The notes: generated by a model not told the origin, from the sequence alone. A stretch of DNA of 64,000 bases from Kiritimatiellia bacterium (GCA_027858345.1 JAQICX010000182.1:273-64272); one strand, 5' to 3'. Shown: positions 30,564 to 41,272, counted from the first letter of the stretch. Numbers and translations: made by a program.

Positions 30564-31175
30564 TTAATTATTATCTTTTATTCCTAAATTAATACTATTT
30601 ACTAAAACATCTATAACCTCATCTGAACCAGGACTATTCTCAGGATTACAAATTAACTCCATAATCAATTCCATAATAATCAGACCAATCATCCATGCAC
30701 GAGTTTCAGGGTTGTCCACAATCCACCCCTCTTTCTCTATACCATCTTTAAAAAGTGACAAAAATACCGCTCGCTTTCGATCAATATGCTGTTTGCGTTG
30801 CTCTGATAAAACAGGAAACTCCTTTTCAGCCCCAACAAATAACAACAACCAGCTCCTGTGAGTCTCTGCAAATTCAAAATGAGCTCGAAGATATTTGATC
30901 AACCTTTCCCTTGCCGACAAACTGGCATCTTCAAGAATAGGATCAAAAAATGCACTCGCCCTTTTGTTTATATCTTCAATTATAGTTAAAACCAAATCTT
31001 CCTTAGATGAAAAATAGTTATATAAAGTTCCCTTGGAAACCCCCGCTTCTTCTGCAATATCAGACATTTTCATCTCATATAATGTAGTCCCCGAAATCAG
31101 CCGGCATGTCGCAGCACAAATCTCGCTGCGCATCATCTCTTCAACTTTGCTCTTCTTCTTGTCTATTAAATTCAT
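30564..31175 (-). CDS. TetR/AcrR-family transcriptional regulator (likely efflux-operon repressor)
   Basis: 203 aa; N-terminal HTH (…MSDIAEEAGVSKGTLYNYFSSKEDL…). Confidence 0.85.
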   Translation of the reverse strand: MNLIDKKKSKVEEMMRSEICAATCRLISGTTLYEMKMSDIAEEAGVSKGTLYNYFSSKEDLVLTIIEDINKRASAFFDPILEDASLSARERLIKYLRAHFEFAETHRSWLLLFVGAEKEFPVLSEQRKQHIDRKRAVFLSLFKDGIEKEGWIVDNPETRAWMIGLIIMELIMELICNPENSPGSDEVIDVLVNSINLGIKDNN

Positions 31176-31384
31176 ATCATTATTCCTTTATTTATCCTTC
31201 GGTTCTGTCAAAAGTTTGCAGGCTTCCGCCTTCGCAAAGCGAAGAATGACGCCCCTGGCGCTATCAGCCGTCATTCCTTCCAGCCTTCGCCGTCCATGCG
31301 TCGCTCTGCGAGCTATGCAGGAGGCGCTTGGGCTACGGCTGACAGGCCTTTGCGACATACAGGTGTTGTGTTTGCAAGTCAACT

Positions 31385-31495
31385 CTAGTCCGCAAAAGCT
31401 CCTCCCGCTTTTAGGGGAGGTGGCGATCCAGCTACTACTTTGCTTTAAGTCAAAAGCAAAGTAGTAGCTGGAGAGACGGAGGGGTACTGCCTTCA
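31385..31495. repeat. Stacked-hairpin repeat family 2 copy containing a perfect 19-bp-stem hairpin CCAGCTACTACTTTGCTTT-aagtca-AAAGCAAAGTAGTAGCTGG
   Basis: Read directly at 31412-31456; flanked by CCTCCCgcttttaGGGGAGG and GGAGGGGTACTGCC. Confidence 0.8.
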
Positions 31496-31835
31496 TCACT
31501 GAATATTCGAAGTCGGACACTTTCTTGTATTCTTACTATTAAAGCTTTCTTACAAAAACCAAAGATACATTTTTCTGACTTGCGGGTCATTTTCGCAAAC
31601 ACACGGTCATAATGCAAGAACTTTTTTTCAAAAAATTAAGAAAAACTGCTTTTTTGTCGATTATCTTGTTAAATACTAGGATGCTAGTTGATTTTCTTAC
31701 GTCAATATCTATTTATCACAGGCAAACACGGACTAACACACACAAGCGAATATCCAGCTTGGGTGTCGAGACATGGTCTCGCAAAGTGAAGGCTGAAAAC
31801 CTCGAGAAACTTGCAAATAAATTTGAGTCCGCCAA

Positions 31836-31960
31836 AGCTCCTCCCCGGCTAGCTTGCTAGTCCCGCAAAGCGGGAGAAGGTGGCAATCCCGCTACTACTT
31901 TGCCTTTTTTAAAAGCAAAGTGGAAGCGGGAGAGACGGAGGGGTATTCATTTTATTGGAT
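31836..31960. repeat. Stacked-hairpin repeat family 2 copy (extended CTCCTCCCCGGCTAGCTTGCTAGTCCCGCAAAGCGGGAGAAGG + degenerate long hairpin + GGAGGGGTA)
   Basis: Near-identical 5' half to 21084-21130 and to the reverse complement of 50690-50745. Confidence 0.8.
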
Positions 31961-32116
31961 ATTCTTCTTTTCAGACCTTTTTTATGTGATTTTTGCAAAT
32001 AGTGTTTATTGTGTAAAAAACTCCTCCTTATTTTTTCAAAAAATCAGAGTAAAAACTGCGTAAATTATTAAGAGTCAATGCTTTTTAAAAAGTCTAGAAA
32101 AATCCATATTTTGTGG

Positions 32117-32145
32117 TTGACAAAAAACAAACCACAAGATATAGT
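32117..32145 (+). promoter_or_regulatory. Consensus sigma-70 promoter TTGACA-17-TATAGT for nrdJ; spacer/-10 overlaps an imperfect palindrome ACCACaagatatagTGGTG (NrdR-box-like)
   Basis: -35 32117-32122, -10 32140-32145; palindrome 32131-32149. Confidence 0.55.
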
Positions 32146-32336
32146 GGTGCTTCAAAATTGACACCTCTCCGTGCTTATTGTTTTATTTGTAACTTTGGCA
32201 TTAATAATGTGTTAAGATTATGCAACAAATAAAAGCAACGTCTGGGAGGTCTTTTTTGAACAAAAAGAAACATGAATGTGAGAATCTTTCAGGTATAGAA
32301 TATTTTTTAATTTAAACAGCTCAAAACAGGAGACAA

Positions 32337-34604
32337 ATGAAAACTATAAGTGAAGAAATATGGGAGCGGAAGTATCGATACGATGGACTAGGAGATGCGC
32401 CAGAAGACACATGTTACGAAGATACATGGAAAAGAATTGCCGGAGCGGCAGCCTCAAAGGAGAAAGATTCAAAGTTTTGGGAAGATGAATTTTATAGTAT
32501 TTTAAAAAATTTCAGATTTTTACCAGCTGGTAGAATTATTGCAAATGCAGGAACAATGCGTGAAGAAGTTACCATGTTCAACTGCTATGTAATGAATAGT
32601 ATCGAGGACTCAATCGAAGGCATTTTTGACACAGTTAAAGACTCTGCTCTAACACAAAAACAGGGTGGTGGTGTTGGATTTGACTTCTCAACAATTCGTC
32701 CAAAAGGTTCAATGATAAAAGGATGTGAATCGAATGCATCTGGTCCAATCAGCTTTATGCAGGTTCTTGACTCCACATGTCGCACAATCATGAGCGCAGG
32801 GCAGCGTCGTGGAGCTCAAATGGGTGTGATGCGATGCGACCATCCTGATATTGAAGAATTTATTACTGCAAAACGTAATAATGATCAATTAAAGATGTTC
32901 AACCTTTCAGTGGGTATTACCGATGGCTTTATGCAGGCAGTGAAAGATGATGCAGACTGGGATCTTGTATTTAAAGGCAAAGTGCATAAAACAATAAAAG
33001 CATCTGAGCTTTGGGACTCTATTATGAGTTCAACATATGACTACGCTGAACCTGGATTCATTCTGATTGACAAGATTAATAAAATGAACAATCTGTCATA
33101 TTGTGAAGAAATTTGTGCAACCAACCCTTGTGGAGAGCAGCCATTGCCTCCCTTTGGAGCTTGTCTACTTGGTTCACTAAACCTAACTCGTTTTGTTAAC
33201 CACCCGTTTACAGAAAAGGCTAATGTAGATTTCAAAGAATTGGCCAAAGTTACAAAGGTTGCAGTCAGACTTCTTGACAACGTGATTGACCTCAGCAACT
33301 ACCCGCTTGACCAACAACGTAAAGAAGCTGAAGCAAAAAGAAGAATGGGCATTGGCATCACTGGTCTTGCAGATCTGTTTATATTCATGCAACTTCGATA
33401 TGGTACGAATGAATCTGCTGACTTAGCAGAAAAGATTATGCAGACAATTACATACTCTGCATATGAAGCAAGCGTAGAACTTGGAAAAGAAAAGGGCGTA
33501 TTCAAAAAATTTGATGCCAAGAAATATTGCCAGGGTGCATTTATCAAATCACTACCTGCTGACTTGCAGAAGAAAATTGAAGAAAATGGTTTAAGAAATT
33601 CACATTTAACATCTGTTGCTCCAACAGGAACAATTAGTCTATTTGCTGAAAATGTTTCAAGTGGTCTGGAACCTGTATTTGCATATATGTATACAAGAAA
33701 AGTTCGTAACACAGACGAAAATGATGTTACAGAAATGCGTGTCACTGATTATGCATTCAAAACATACAGCGAATTTATTCACAAACCGAACCTTGAAGTT
33801 AGTGAGTTGCCGGAATACTTTGTATCATCATCTGACATTGCTCCGTCAGAACATATTAAAATTCAGGCATCTCTTCAAAAGTATGTTGATAGTTCAATAT
33901 CAAAAACAATCAATATACCTGCTGACTACCCATTTGAAGACTTTAAACATGTTTATATTGAAGCTTACGAAAAAGGTTTAAAGGGCTGTACAACATTCAG
34001 ACCTTCTGATTACATCACGGGTGTTCTTGTTAAGGACGAAGACAAGAAAAAAGAAGAAGAGACAGTTAAGCCAAAAACTTTTGTTCCAAGACCTCAAATT
34101 TTAGAAGGTACAACCTACAAAATCAAAACACCATTGTCAACTGATGCTCTATACATCACAATTAACGATTTGGTTAAGGAAAATGGAACTAGGCGCCCGT
34201 ACGAATTGTTTATTAACACAAAGAACCTACAACACTTTAGCTGGATTGTTGCGATGACGCGTCTAATATCTGCGGTCTTCAGACACGATGCAGCACCAAT
34301 ATTCCTTGTTCAGGAATTGAAAAGCATCTATGATCCAAATGGTGGATATTTTGTAGATGGCGGCTATGTTCCTTCTCTTGCAGCCGATATTGGTCGTATA
34401 ATTGAAAAACATCTGACCAAGATTGGCATTATTGCCGAGACAAACAAAAAAACAATGAGCAAACCTGCTAAAGAGGCAAAAAAAGGTGCTCAACAACTAA
34501 ACAACGACAATTTTATGTTCTGCCCAAGCTGCAACGAAAAAGCATTGGTTTCACAAGAAAACTGTCTAAAGTGCCTAAGCTGTAACTACAGCAAGTGCGG
34601 ATAA
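32337..34604 (+). CDS. nrdJ: Ribonucleotide reductase class II, adenosylcobalamin-dependent, with C-terminal Cys4 zinc ribbon
   Basis: 755 aa; …NPCGEQPLPPFGACLLGSLNL…, …SSISKTINIP…, C-terminal FCPSCNEKALVSQENCLKCLSCNY. Confidence 0.9.
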   Translation: MKTISEEIWERKYRYDGLGDAPEDTCYEDTWKRIAGAAASKEKDSKFWEDEFYSILKNFRFLPAGRIIANAGTMREEVTMFNCYVMNSIEDSIEGIFDTVKDSALTQKQGGGVGFDFSTIRPKGSMIKGCESNASGPISFMQVLDSTCRTIMSAGQRRGAQMGVMRCDHPDIEEFITAKRNNDQLKMFNLSVGITDGFMQAVKDDADWDLVFKGKVHKTIKASELWDSIMSSTYDYAEPGFILIDKINKMNNLSYCEEICATNPCGEQPLPPFGACLLGSLNLTRFVNHPFTEKANVDFKELAKVTKVAVRLLDNVIDLSNYPLDQQRKEAEAKRRMGIGITGLADLFIFMQLRYGTNESADLAEKIMQTITYSAYEASVELGKEKGVFKKFDAKKYCQGAFIKSLPADLQKKIEENGLRNSHLTSVAPTGTISLFAENVSSGLEPVFAYMYTRKVRNTDENDVTEMRVTDYAFKTYSEFIHKPNLEVSELPEYFVSSSDIAPSEHIKIQASLQKYVDSSISKTINIPADYPFEDFKHVYIEAYEKGLKGCTTFRPSDYITGVLVKDEDKKKEEETVKPKTFVPRPQILEGTTYKIKTPLSTDALYITINDLVKENGTRRPYELFINTKNLQHFSWIVAMTRLISAVFRHDAAPIFLVQELKSIYDPNGGYFVDGGYVPSLAADIGRIIEKHLTKIGIIAETNKKTMSKPAKEAKKGAQQLNNDNFMFCPSCNEKALVSQENCLKCLSCNYSKCG

Positions 34605-34650
34605 AAAAACTCACCAAAATTTATATATAAATACGTAAATTCATCATTAA

Positions 34651-34682
34651 GATGCTGCATCCGCAGCATCTTTTTTTTTTGA
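34651..34682 (+). terminator. Rho-independent terminator after nrdJ
   Basis: GATGCTGCAT-CC-GCAGCATC stem (34651-34670) followed by T12. Confidence 0.85.
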
Positions 34683-34741
34683 TATTGCTTTTTTAACACA
34701 TAAAATATATACTCAGACAAAATTTCGGGGGATTAACAATA

Positions 34742-37459
34742 ATGATATCTAAAAAAACAACAATCTTTTTTGCACTTTGTATGATAATTTTAGGTATTAC
34801 TCAAGCGTTTAGCAGTAGCAAAGAAAAGACCGTCCAATTAACTGCTGAAGAAAGATCATGGCTTGAAGCCCATCCTGTCATTAGACTGGCACCCGACCCT
34901 GAATTTCAACCAATTGAGTTTTTCGATGAGGAAGGCAAATATTCAGGAATTGGCGCAGACTACGCAAAATTAATTTCTGAAAAACTTGGTATAAAGTTTG
35001 AAATTGTTCAATGTGCCAATTGGAACGAAGTCGTTGAAAAAGCAAAAAACCGTAAAATTGATGTTTTAAACGCTGTCGTTAAAACTCCTCAACGTGAAAA
35101 ATATTTAATTTTTCCACCTCCTTACTTAAAAACTTCATCTGTCATAATAGTTCGAAAAGGTGTCTCCGATAAATTAACTTTAGAAATGCTGGAAGACATG
35201 CATGTTGTTATGGTATCAGAATATGGATATGTGGATCTAATTCGTAACAAACACCCCGAAATCAAAATTGATTTAGTCATCAGCCAAAAAACCGCTCTCC
35301 GAAAAGTGTCATTTGGTATGGCCGATGCATTTGTTGGCGACTTGTTAACTGCCAGCTTCTATATTGAACAAGAGGGCATAACAAACCTAAAATTAGGGAA
35401 GGAACTACAACCACCAAATACATCTGGATTTGCAGTGCGTTCTGATTGGCCGGTATTAAGCCAAATCCTTGAAAAAGGTGTTAATATGCTAACCGAGGAT
35501 GAAAAAAATAGTATTTATTCAAAATGGATACATCTGCAAACAGCCCCGGGATTAACGACCCAAGAGGTTAAAAAGTTAAGTACAATCATACTAACATGTG
35601 TATTCCTGATTATATTGGGGTTTTTACTTTGGAATCGTTCTCTAAACCATAACGTACAACAGCGTACAAAAGACCTTAAAAAAGAGGTGGATGAAAGAAA
35701 AAAAGCAGAATATGCTTTAAAAGAAGCCCATTCTGAATTAGAGAAAAGAGTGGAAAGACGAACAAAAGACCTTAGTGAAGAAATTAAAAATAGAGAAATT
35801 CTAGAAGATGAACTTGCAAAAGAAAAAACATTTTTAGAAGTTGTCCTTCAGAACATTCAGGAGGGAGTTATAGTATGCGATAAAAATGGTATTTTAACAT
35901 TGTTCAATAGGGCTTCACGCGAAATACACGGCCTACCAGAATTGTCAGTTACACCAGACCAGTGGGCAGACCATTATCTTGCTGATGGTATTACTAAAAT
36001 GCACAAGAGTGACATCCCATTATTTAGGGCTCTACAAGGAGAAAGTATCAAAAACTTTGAAATAACCGTAATTCCTAAATCAAAACCCCCAGCTTCATAT
36101 ATAAGTTCCAGTCAACCATTGAGGGACGAAAACAATGTCATAATAGGAGCTGTAGCAACTATGCATGATATTACAGAAGAAAAAAGAGCTGAAATCATAC
36201 TACGAGATGCCCATATTGAATTAGAGAAAAAAGTAAAAGAACGTACAAACGAACTGCAACTATCTCTCAAAAAACTGGAAGAAGAGACTGCGGAAAGAAA
36301 AAAGATGGAAATGGCTCTGATGCAATCTCACAAAATGGAGGCCATCGGAACTCTTGCAGGAGGCATTGCCCATGATTTCAACAACATTTTAGCTGCTATT
36401 ATTGGCTATGCCGATATGGCAATTGACTACATCCCTGAAAATAGTCCAGCAAAACATCAGATAGAACAGGTGTTAAAAGCAGGAGATCGAGCAAAAGACC
36501 TCATTCAACATATATTAACATTTAGTCGCAACGAATCTCAAATCCGAGTTCCTACGGAAATCTATGCTACGGTTAAAGAGGCCACAAAGTTTTTACGCGC
36601 TTCAACCCCGACTACAATTGAGATAAAGGAAAACGTTGATGAAAAAAGTGGAACCATTCTGGCAGATGAGACTCAGATAAATCAAGTCGTTGTTAATCTT
36701 TGCACCAATGCTGCACACGCTATGGAAGAAGATGGAGGCGTCCTTGAAATCTCATTGGCTCCATATGAGCACTCTAAAGACGGAGAATACAAAAACATTA
36801 ATTTAAAACAAGGCTCTTACATTATGCTTTCAGTCAAAGATAATGGACCCGGTGTTGACCCGGAAATCATTGATAAAATTTTTGATCCATACTTTACCAC
36901 AAAAGGTATTGGCAAAGGTTCAGGCATGGGACTAGCAGTTGTACAAGGAATCGTAAAGAATCATGATGGCTTCATAACCGTAGACAGCTCGTCCAGCGGA
37001 ACAACATTCACGGCATTCTTTCCGAAAATTCAAAAAAGTAGTTCAAAAAAGAAAAAAACGAATGAATTAATTCCAACAGGAACAGAAAAGATACTAATTG
37101 TTGATGATGAAGAGATAATAGCCAGAATGACAAAAAGAATTGTAGAAAGCTTGGGCTACAAAGCAACATCAACAACAAACAGCTTAGAAGCATTAACAAT
37201 ATTCAAAGCCAATCCCGATGATTTCGATCTGGTGATTAGCGATCAGACAATGCCTGATTTAACAGGAGACAAGCTATCCAAAAAAATATTGAACATCAGA
37301 AAAGATATACCTATCATTATATGCTCTGGCTATAACTCCAAAATAGATGAGTTAAGAAACGATGCCATTGGAATTGCCAAGTTTATAATGAAACCCGTTC
37401 GCAAACAGGAACTCGCCAAAACAATCCGAGAAGTTCTGGATAATCGACAACCGAAGTAA
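34742..37459 (+). CDS. Hybrid sensor histidine kinase: signal peptide + periplasmic solute-binding (SBP_bac_3-like) domain + TM + coiled coil/PAS + HisKA/HATPase + C-terminal receiver
   Basis: 905 aa; H-box …GGIAHDFNNILAAIIGYADMA…, N/G boxes, receiver with …ILIVDDEE…DLVISDQTMPDLTG…. Confidence 0.85.
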   Translation: MISKKTTIFFALCMIILGITQAFSSSKEKTVQLTAEERSWLEAHPVIRLAPDPEFQPIEFFDEEGKYSGIGADYAKLISEKLGIKFEIVQCANWNEVVEKAKNRKIDVLNAVVKTPQREKYLIFPPPYLKTSSVIIVRKGVSDKLTLEMLEDMHVVMVSEYGYVDLIRNKHPEIKIDLVISQKTALRKVSFGMADAFVGDLLTASFYIEQEGITNLKLGKELQPPNTSGFAVRSDWPVLSQILEKGVNMLTEDEKNSIYSKWIHLQTAPGLTTQEVKKLSTIILTCVFLIILGFLLWNRSLNHNVQQRTKDLKKEVDERKKAEYALKEAHSELEKRVERRTKDLSEEIKNREILEDELAKEKTFLEVVLQNIQEGVIVCDKNGILTLFNRASREIHGLPELSVTPDQWADHYLADGITKMHKSDIPLFRALQGESIKNFEITVIPKSKPPASYISSSQPLRDENNVIIGAVATMHDITEEKRAEIILRDAHIELEKKVKERTNELQLSLKKLEEETAERKKMEMALMQSHKMEAIGTLAGGIAHDFNNILAAIIGYADMAIDYIPENSPAKHQIEQVLKAGDRAKDLIQHILTFSRNESQIRVPTEIYATVKEATKFLRASTPTTIEIKENVDEKSGTILADETQINQVVVNLCTNAAHAMEEDGGVLEISLAPYEHSKDGEYKNINLKQGSYIMLSVKDNGPGVDPEIIDKIFDPYFTTKGIGKGSGMGLAVVQGIVKNHDGFITVDSSSSGTTFTAFFPKIQKSSSKKKKTNELIPTGTEKILIVDDEEIIARMTKRIVESLGYKATSTTNSLEALTIFKANPDDFDLVISDQTMPDLTGDKLSKKILNIRKDIPIIICSGYNSKIDELRNDAIGIAKFIMKPVRKQELAKTIREVLDNRQPK

Positions 37460-37519
37460 AAAGGAAAGGACAGAGCGTTACGCACACCCACCCGGTTCTC
37501 TATTTACCATTTAAGCGGA

Positions 37520-38719
37520 CTATTTACTGCGAGCAACGCACGCTTGCACAATATCGAGCGCCTTATCCATGTCTGCTTTTGAGACATTCAATGGTGGGAT
37601 AAACCTCAAAACATTTGGTCCTGCGGGAACAGTAAGTAAACCCTTTTCAGTTAGTTTCTGAAAATATGGCTTAACCTCGTTCTTGCACACAAGCCCAAGC
37701 AGTAAACCTTTACCCCTGACTGTTGTGAATTCATCATTGTTTTCAATGATTTCCAATAAGCCATCAGTAAAGTACTTACCTGATTCAACAGCTTTGTCAA
37801 CCAAACCTTCATCCTTGCAAACTTTTAATACAGCAAGAGCTGCCGAGCATGCAAGAGGTGTACCGCCAAAAGTTGTGGCATGCTTGCCCACTTGCAGTAC
37901 GTCTGAGTATTTTGGAGAAGCAGTAATGCCACCTATTGGATAGCCATTTCCCAAAGCCTTTGCAAATGATATGACGTCGGGCTCAACGCTGTAATGCTGA
38001 TATCCAAACCATTTTCCTGTCCTTCCAATTCCGCATTGAACTTCATCGCAAAGCATAAGCAGATTCTTTTCGTCGCAAAGAGCCCTGACACCCTCAACAA
38101 ATTCAGGTGTAACAGGCAGAACGCCCCCTTCTCCCTGAATTGCTTCAAACATCACAGCCACTGTCTTCTCGTTGATAAGCTCTTTTACAGACTCCAAGTT
38201 ATTAAACTCTGCATATACAAAACCTGTAGGCATTGGTTCAAATCCTTTTTGAATTTTATCCTGCCCTGTTGCAGATGCTGTTGCAAGCGTCCTGCCATGA
38301 AACGAATTCTTCATAGTTATGATTTCATACCTGCCTTTATCATGTCCCCATAACCTTGCAAGCTTAATCATTCCCTCGTTTGCCTCTGCTCCTGAGTTGG
38401 CAAAAAAACATTTGCCTCCAAGTGAAATTTCAGAAATTTCCCTTGCCAACTGAGCTTGCGGCTCTGTGTAGAAAAGATTTGACACATGCACAAGCTTTGA
38501 CAGCTGCTTTTGAATTGCTTCAATATACACTGGATGCGAATGCCCAATGTTTGTTACAGCAATGCCACTTGTAAAGTCTAAATATTCTTTTCCGTCTTTA
38601 TCCCACACATATGAACCTTTTCCTTCTACTAAGGCAATCTCAGGCGCATATGTCGGCATAACATAATTACTATATAATTCTTTGATTTTTTCCATCTTCA
38701 ATAATCTCCGTTCCAACAC
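37520..38719 (-). CDS. argD: Acetylornithine aminotransferase (class III PLP aminotransferase)
   Basis: 399 aa; …LLMLCDEVQCGIGRTGKWFGYQHY…SFAKALGNG…; true start probably MEKIKELYSNYVMPTY at 38695 (overlaps argB 3' end by 26 nt). Confidence 0.9.
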   Translation of the reverse strand: MLERRLLKMEKIKELYSNYVMPTYAPEIALVEGKGSYVWDKDGKEYLDFTSGIAVTNIGHSHPVYIEAIQKQLSKLVHVSNLFYTEPQAQLAREISEISLGGKCFFANSGAEANEGMIKLARLWGHDKGRYEIITMKNSFHGRTLATASATGQDKIQKGFEPMPTGFVYAEFNNLESVKELINEKTVAVMFEAIQGEGGVLPVTPEFVEGVRALCDEKNLLMLCDEVQCGIGRTGKWFGYQHYSVEPDVISFAKALGNGYPIGGITASPKYSDVLQVGKHATTFGGTPLACSAALAVLKVCKDEGLVDKAVESGKYFTDGLLEIIENNDEFTTVRGKGLLLGLVCKNEVKPYFQKLTEKGLLTVPAGPNVLRFIPPLNVSKADMDKALDIVQACVARSK

Positions 38720-39575
38720 CTTGTGTTGTAAATAATTCTAATAATAGGGAGTGCTGCATTCTTCCATCAACCATATGTATTTTATGCACTCCACTTTTTA
38801 ATGCTTTGATACCACTATTAATTTTGGGCAACATGCCTCCACTGATAATCCCGCGTTCAATCAACTTTTCAACGTCATGCACATAAAGCGTTGAAATCAA
38901 TGTATCGTTGTTTTCTATATCTATCATCAGGCCAGGAACATCAGACAAAAACACAAGTTTTCGTGCTTTTAAAGCCGCTGCAATTGCTGCAGCTGCAACA
39001 TCTGCGTTGATGTTATACAGATTACCTTCGGCATCTTTTCCAAGTGGTGTTATAACCGGTATCTGTCGTCGTCGTAAAGCTTCAAAAATTGGTTCAGGAT
39101 TAACACTAACAGGATTTCCCACAAATCCCCATTCAATTGTACTGCCATCTTTAGCTGTTTCAACCATCTTTTCTGCAACAATGATGTCCTCACCTTTAAT
39201 CTGTACGACCTCTGCTCCATAATTTGCCAAAATTTTAATAATGCTTTGGTTAACCTCATTGGTCAACACATCGTGAACAATATGTATTGCATCCTCATCT
39301 GTCACCCGTAACCCATGCAAAAACCGAGACTTTACCTTTTTCTTTTCCATGCCCCTTGAAATTGCTTTACCCCCACCATGAACAATAACAGATTTCATGC
39401 CAACACACTCCATAAATGTCGTGTCCTGCAAAATTCTTTTTTTATGCTCCTCAACCTCCATGGCACTTCCGCCAAACTTCACAACAACAGTTGCGTCCCT
39501 AAATTTTTGTATGTATGGCAATGCTTCAATTAGAACGGCTGCCTTTTCAATATATTTATTCATCTTATTCATCAT
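38670..39575 (-). CDS. argB: Acetylglutamate kinase
   Basis: 301 aa; …VVVKFGGSAME…, …IVHGGG… amino-acid kinase family motifs. Confidence 0.9.
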   Translation of the reverse strand: MMNKMNKYIEKAAVLIEALPYIQKFRDATVVVKFGGSAMEVEEHKKRILQDTTFMECVGMKSVIVHGGGKAISRGMEKKKVKSRFLHGLRVTDEDAIHIVHDVLTNEVNQSIIKILANYGAEVVQIKGEDIIVAEKMVETAKDGSTIEWGFVGNPVSVNPEPIFEALRRRQIPVITPLGKDAEGNLYNINADVAAAAIAAALKARKLVFLSDVPGLMIDIENNDTLISTLYVHDVEKLIERGIISGGMLPKINSGIKALKSGVHKIHMVDGRMQHSLLLELFTTQGVGTEIIEDGKNQRII

Positions 39576-39689
39576 TTCTGTATCTTAAATTCAATCTTTA
39601 TCGAAATCTGCCCGTACGGGCAGGCCTCGTGTCTGCCCCTGCTGGCGGAGCCAGCCCTTCCCACTTCCTACTTATCACTTCCCACTTCT

Positions 39690-40946
39690 TTACGTGGTAT
39701 ACTCAGCATTAATCTTCACATACTCATATGAACAATCACAAGTATACAGATTATACTCACCATCACTAATGTTCAAATCAATAGTGATTACAAACTCATC
39801 CTGCCTCATTATTGCCTCAAGCTCTGCAAGCTTACCCGCAACAACCATTCCACCCTTAACGCACTCAATCGAGCCATAGAAGATGTCTACCTTTTCTTCA
39901 ACCAACTCAGCACCGGAATACCCAGCTGCATCAATAATTCGTCCCCAGTTCGGATCGTTACCAAACCATGAAGTCTTAACTAACAACGAGTTGCCGATCG
40001 CCCGTGCGACCAACCCTGCATCAGCATTGCTCTCAGCGCCCTTAACAACAATCTCAACAAACTTTGTTACGCCTTCACCATCCCGCACAAGTTCCTTTGC
40101 AAGATACAAAGCCGTTTCATGTATGGCATCAACAAAAATCTGCCAATCCTTATGCTGAAGATTTAATTCCTTATTACCCGCAAGTCCATTTGCCATAATA
40201 AAAAACGAATCATTACAACTCTGATCTCCATCAACACTAATCCTGTTAAATGTCTTTGCAGTCACATCTTCTATGCAGTCCTGCAGAGCAGCTCTGTCAA
40301 CATTTGCATCTGTTGTGATATAAGCAAGCATGGTTGCCATATTTGGTTCAATCATACCAACACCCTTGACCATAGCACCAATCTTAACACGCTTGCCATC
40401 AATCACAACTGTTTTTGTAAACTCTTTTGGACGAGTGTCAGTTGTCATAATAGCCTTTGCAGCAATTGCACCGCAATCCTCACACTCGAAGATCTCTCGG
40501 GTAATGCTCTTAATGCCTCTTTCAACCTTGTCCATTGGCAAAGGAACACCAATAACACCAGTTGAACAAACATATACAGAAGTATCCGGAACTCTTAAAC
40601 ACTCCGCTGTAAACTCTGCCATTCTTTTTGCATCGCTATTCCCCTGTTCTCCATTACACGCATTTGCATTCTTGCTGTTAATGATTATAGCTCTTGCTGT
40701 TTCACCACGTTCAAGTAAAGACATACAATATTTTACTGGAGCACCCTTTATTTTGTTTGTCGTAAAAACAGCCGCAATACTTGCTTCAACTTCAGAATAT
40801 ATCAATGCCATATCTAAAGCATCATTTTTTATTCCTGCATTTATTCCTAATGCCCCAAAACCTCGAGGTGTACTTATTCCACTCATGGTAAATTCTCTTC
40901 CGTTCATAATTAAAATTGCACAGAGTTGAACTATATAACAATACAA
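39690..40946 (-). CDS. argJ: Bifunctional glutamate N-acetyltransferase / amino-acid acetyltransferase ArgJ
   Basis: 418 aa; …ATMLAYITTDANV… autoproteolysis Thr region; start likely at internal MSGISTPRGF (40886). Confidence 0.85.
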   Translation of the reverse strand: MYCYIVQLCAILIMNGREFTMSGISTPRGFGALGINAGIKNDALDMALIYSEVEASIAAVFTTNKIKGAPVKYCMSLLERGETARAIIINSKNANACNGEQGNSDAKRMAEFTAECLRVPDTSVYVCSTGVIGVPLPMDKVERGIKSITREIFECEDCGAIAAKAIMTTDTRPKEFTKTVVIDGKRVKIGAMVKGVGMIEPNMATMLAYITTDANVDRAALQDCIEDVTAKTFNRISVDGDQSCNDSFFIMANGLAGNKELNLQHKDWQIFVDAIHETALYLAKELVRDGEGVTKFVEIVVKGAESNADAGLVARAIGNSLLVKTSWFGNDPNWGRIIDAAGYSGAELVEEKVDIFYGSIECVKGGMVVAGKLAELEAIMRQDEFVITIDLNISDGEYNLYTCDCSYEYVKINAEYTT

Positions 40947-41272
40947 CAGGCAAATGCAACCTTAAAAATCATAGAAAATATACTTTCCTCACTTTTTTGG
41001 TTACCCCACCATTGTCACTCCCGTTTTTTCAAGACAACGGTTATTTGTATGCCGGGAGCGACACTCGAGCCTGCGAGAGAGGCTGCTTTCCCTAATGAGA
41101 AAAGTAGAAAGGAGCAATGAGCGTAGCGAATGGCCTACATTCGTCCTCGTTGTCACAACTATGTTCAACCTTAAAATTCAGGGAAAACAACCTTAATTTT
41201 TAGTTTAGGATCAGAAACATGTCTTTCAATTAGTAAAATTAGCAAAAAACACATTGTTTTATCACCAAACTG

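Noticed and set aside
31188-31520. 110-aa minus-strand ORF and 143-aa plus-strand ORF (31033-31464)
   Set aside because: Both overlap the stacked-hairpin repeats and the tetR 5' end; repeat-derived open frames.
31612-31860. 82-aa ORF in the large tetR-nrdJ intergenic region
   Set aside because: Ends inside a family-2 repeat, no RBS, low-complexity basic sequence; likely non-coding.
32146-32336. Cobalamin riboswitch in the nrdJ leader
   Set aside because: No B12-box (AGYCMGGAAGACCKGCC-like) or GCCACTG element; nrdJ itself needs B12 so repression by B12 is not expected.
33041-33981. Antisense/alternate-frame ORFs inside nrdJ (33299-33745, 33616-33981)
   Set aside because: Shadow ORFs within a confidently identified gene.
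40947-41000. ARG-box (ArgR operator) upstream of argJ
   Set aside because: Best candidate TGCAATTTTAATTATGAA matches the TNTGAATWWWWATTCANW consensus poorly; not reportable without a matrix score.
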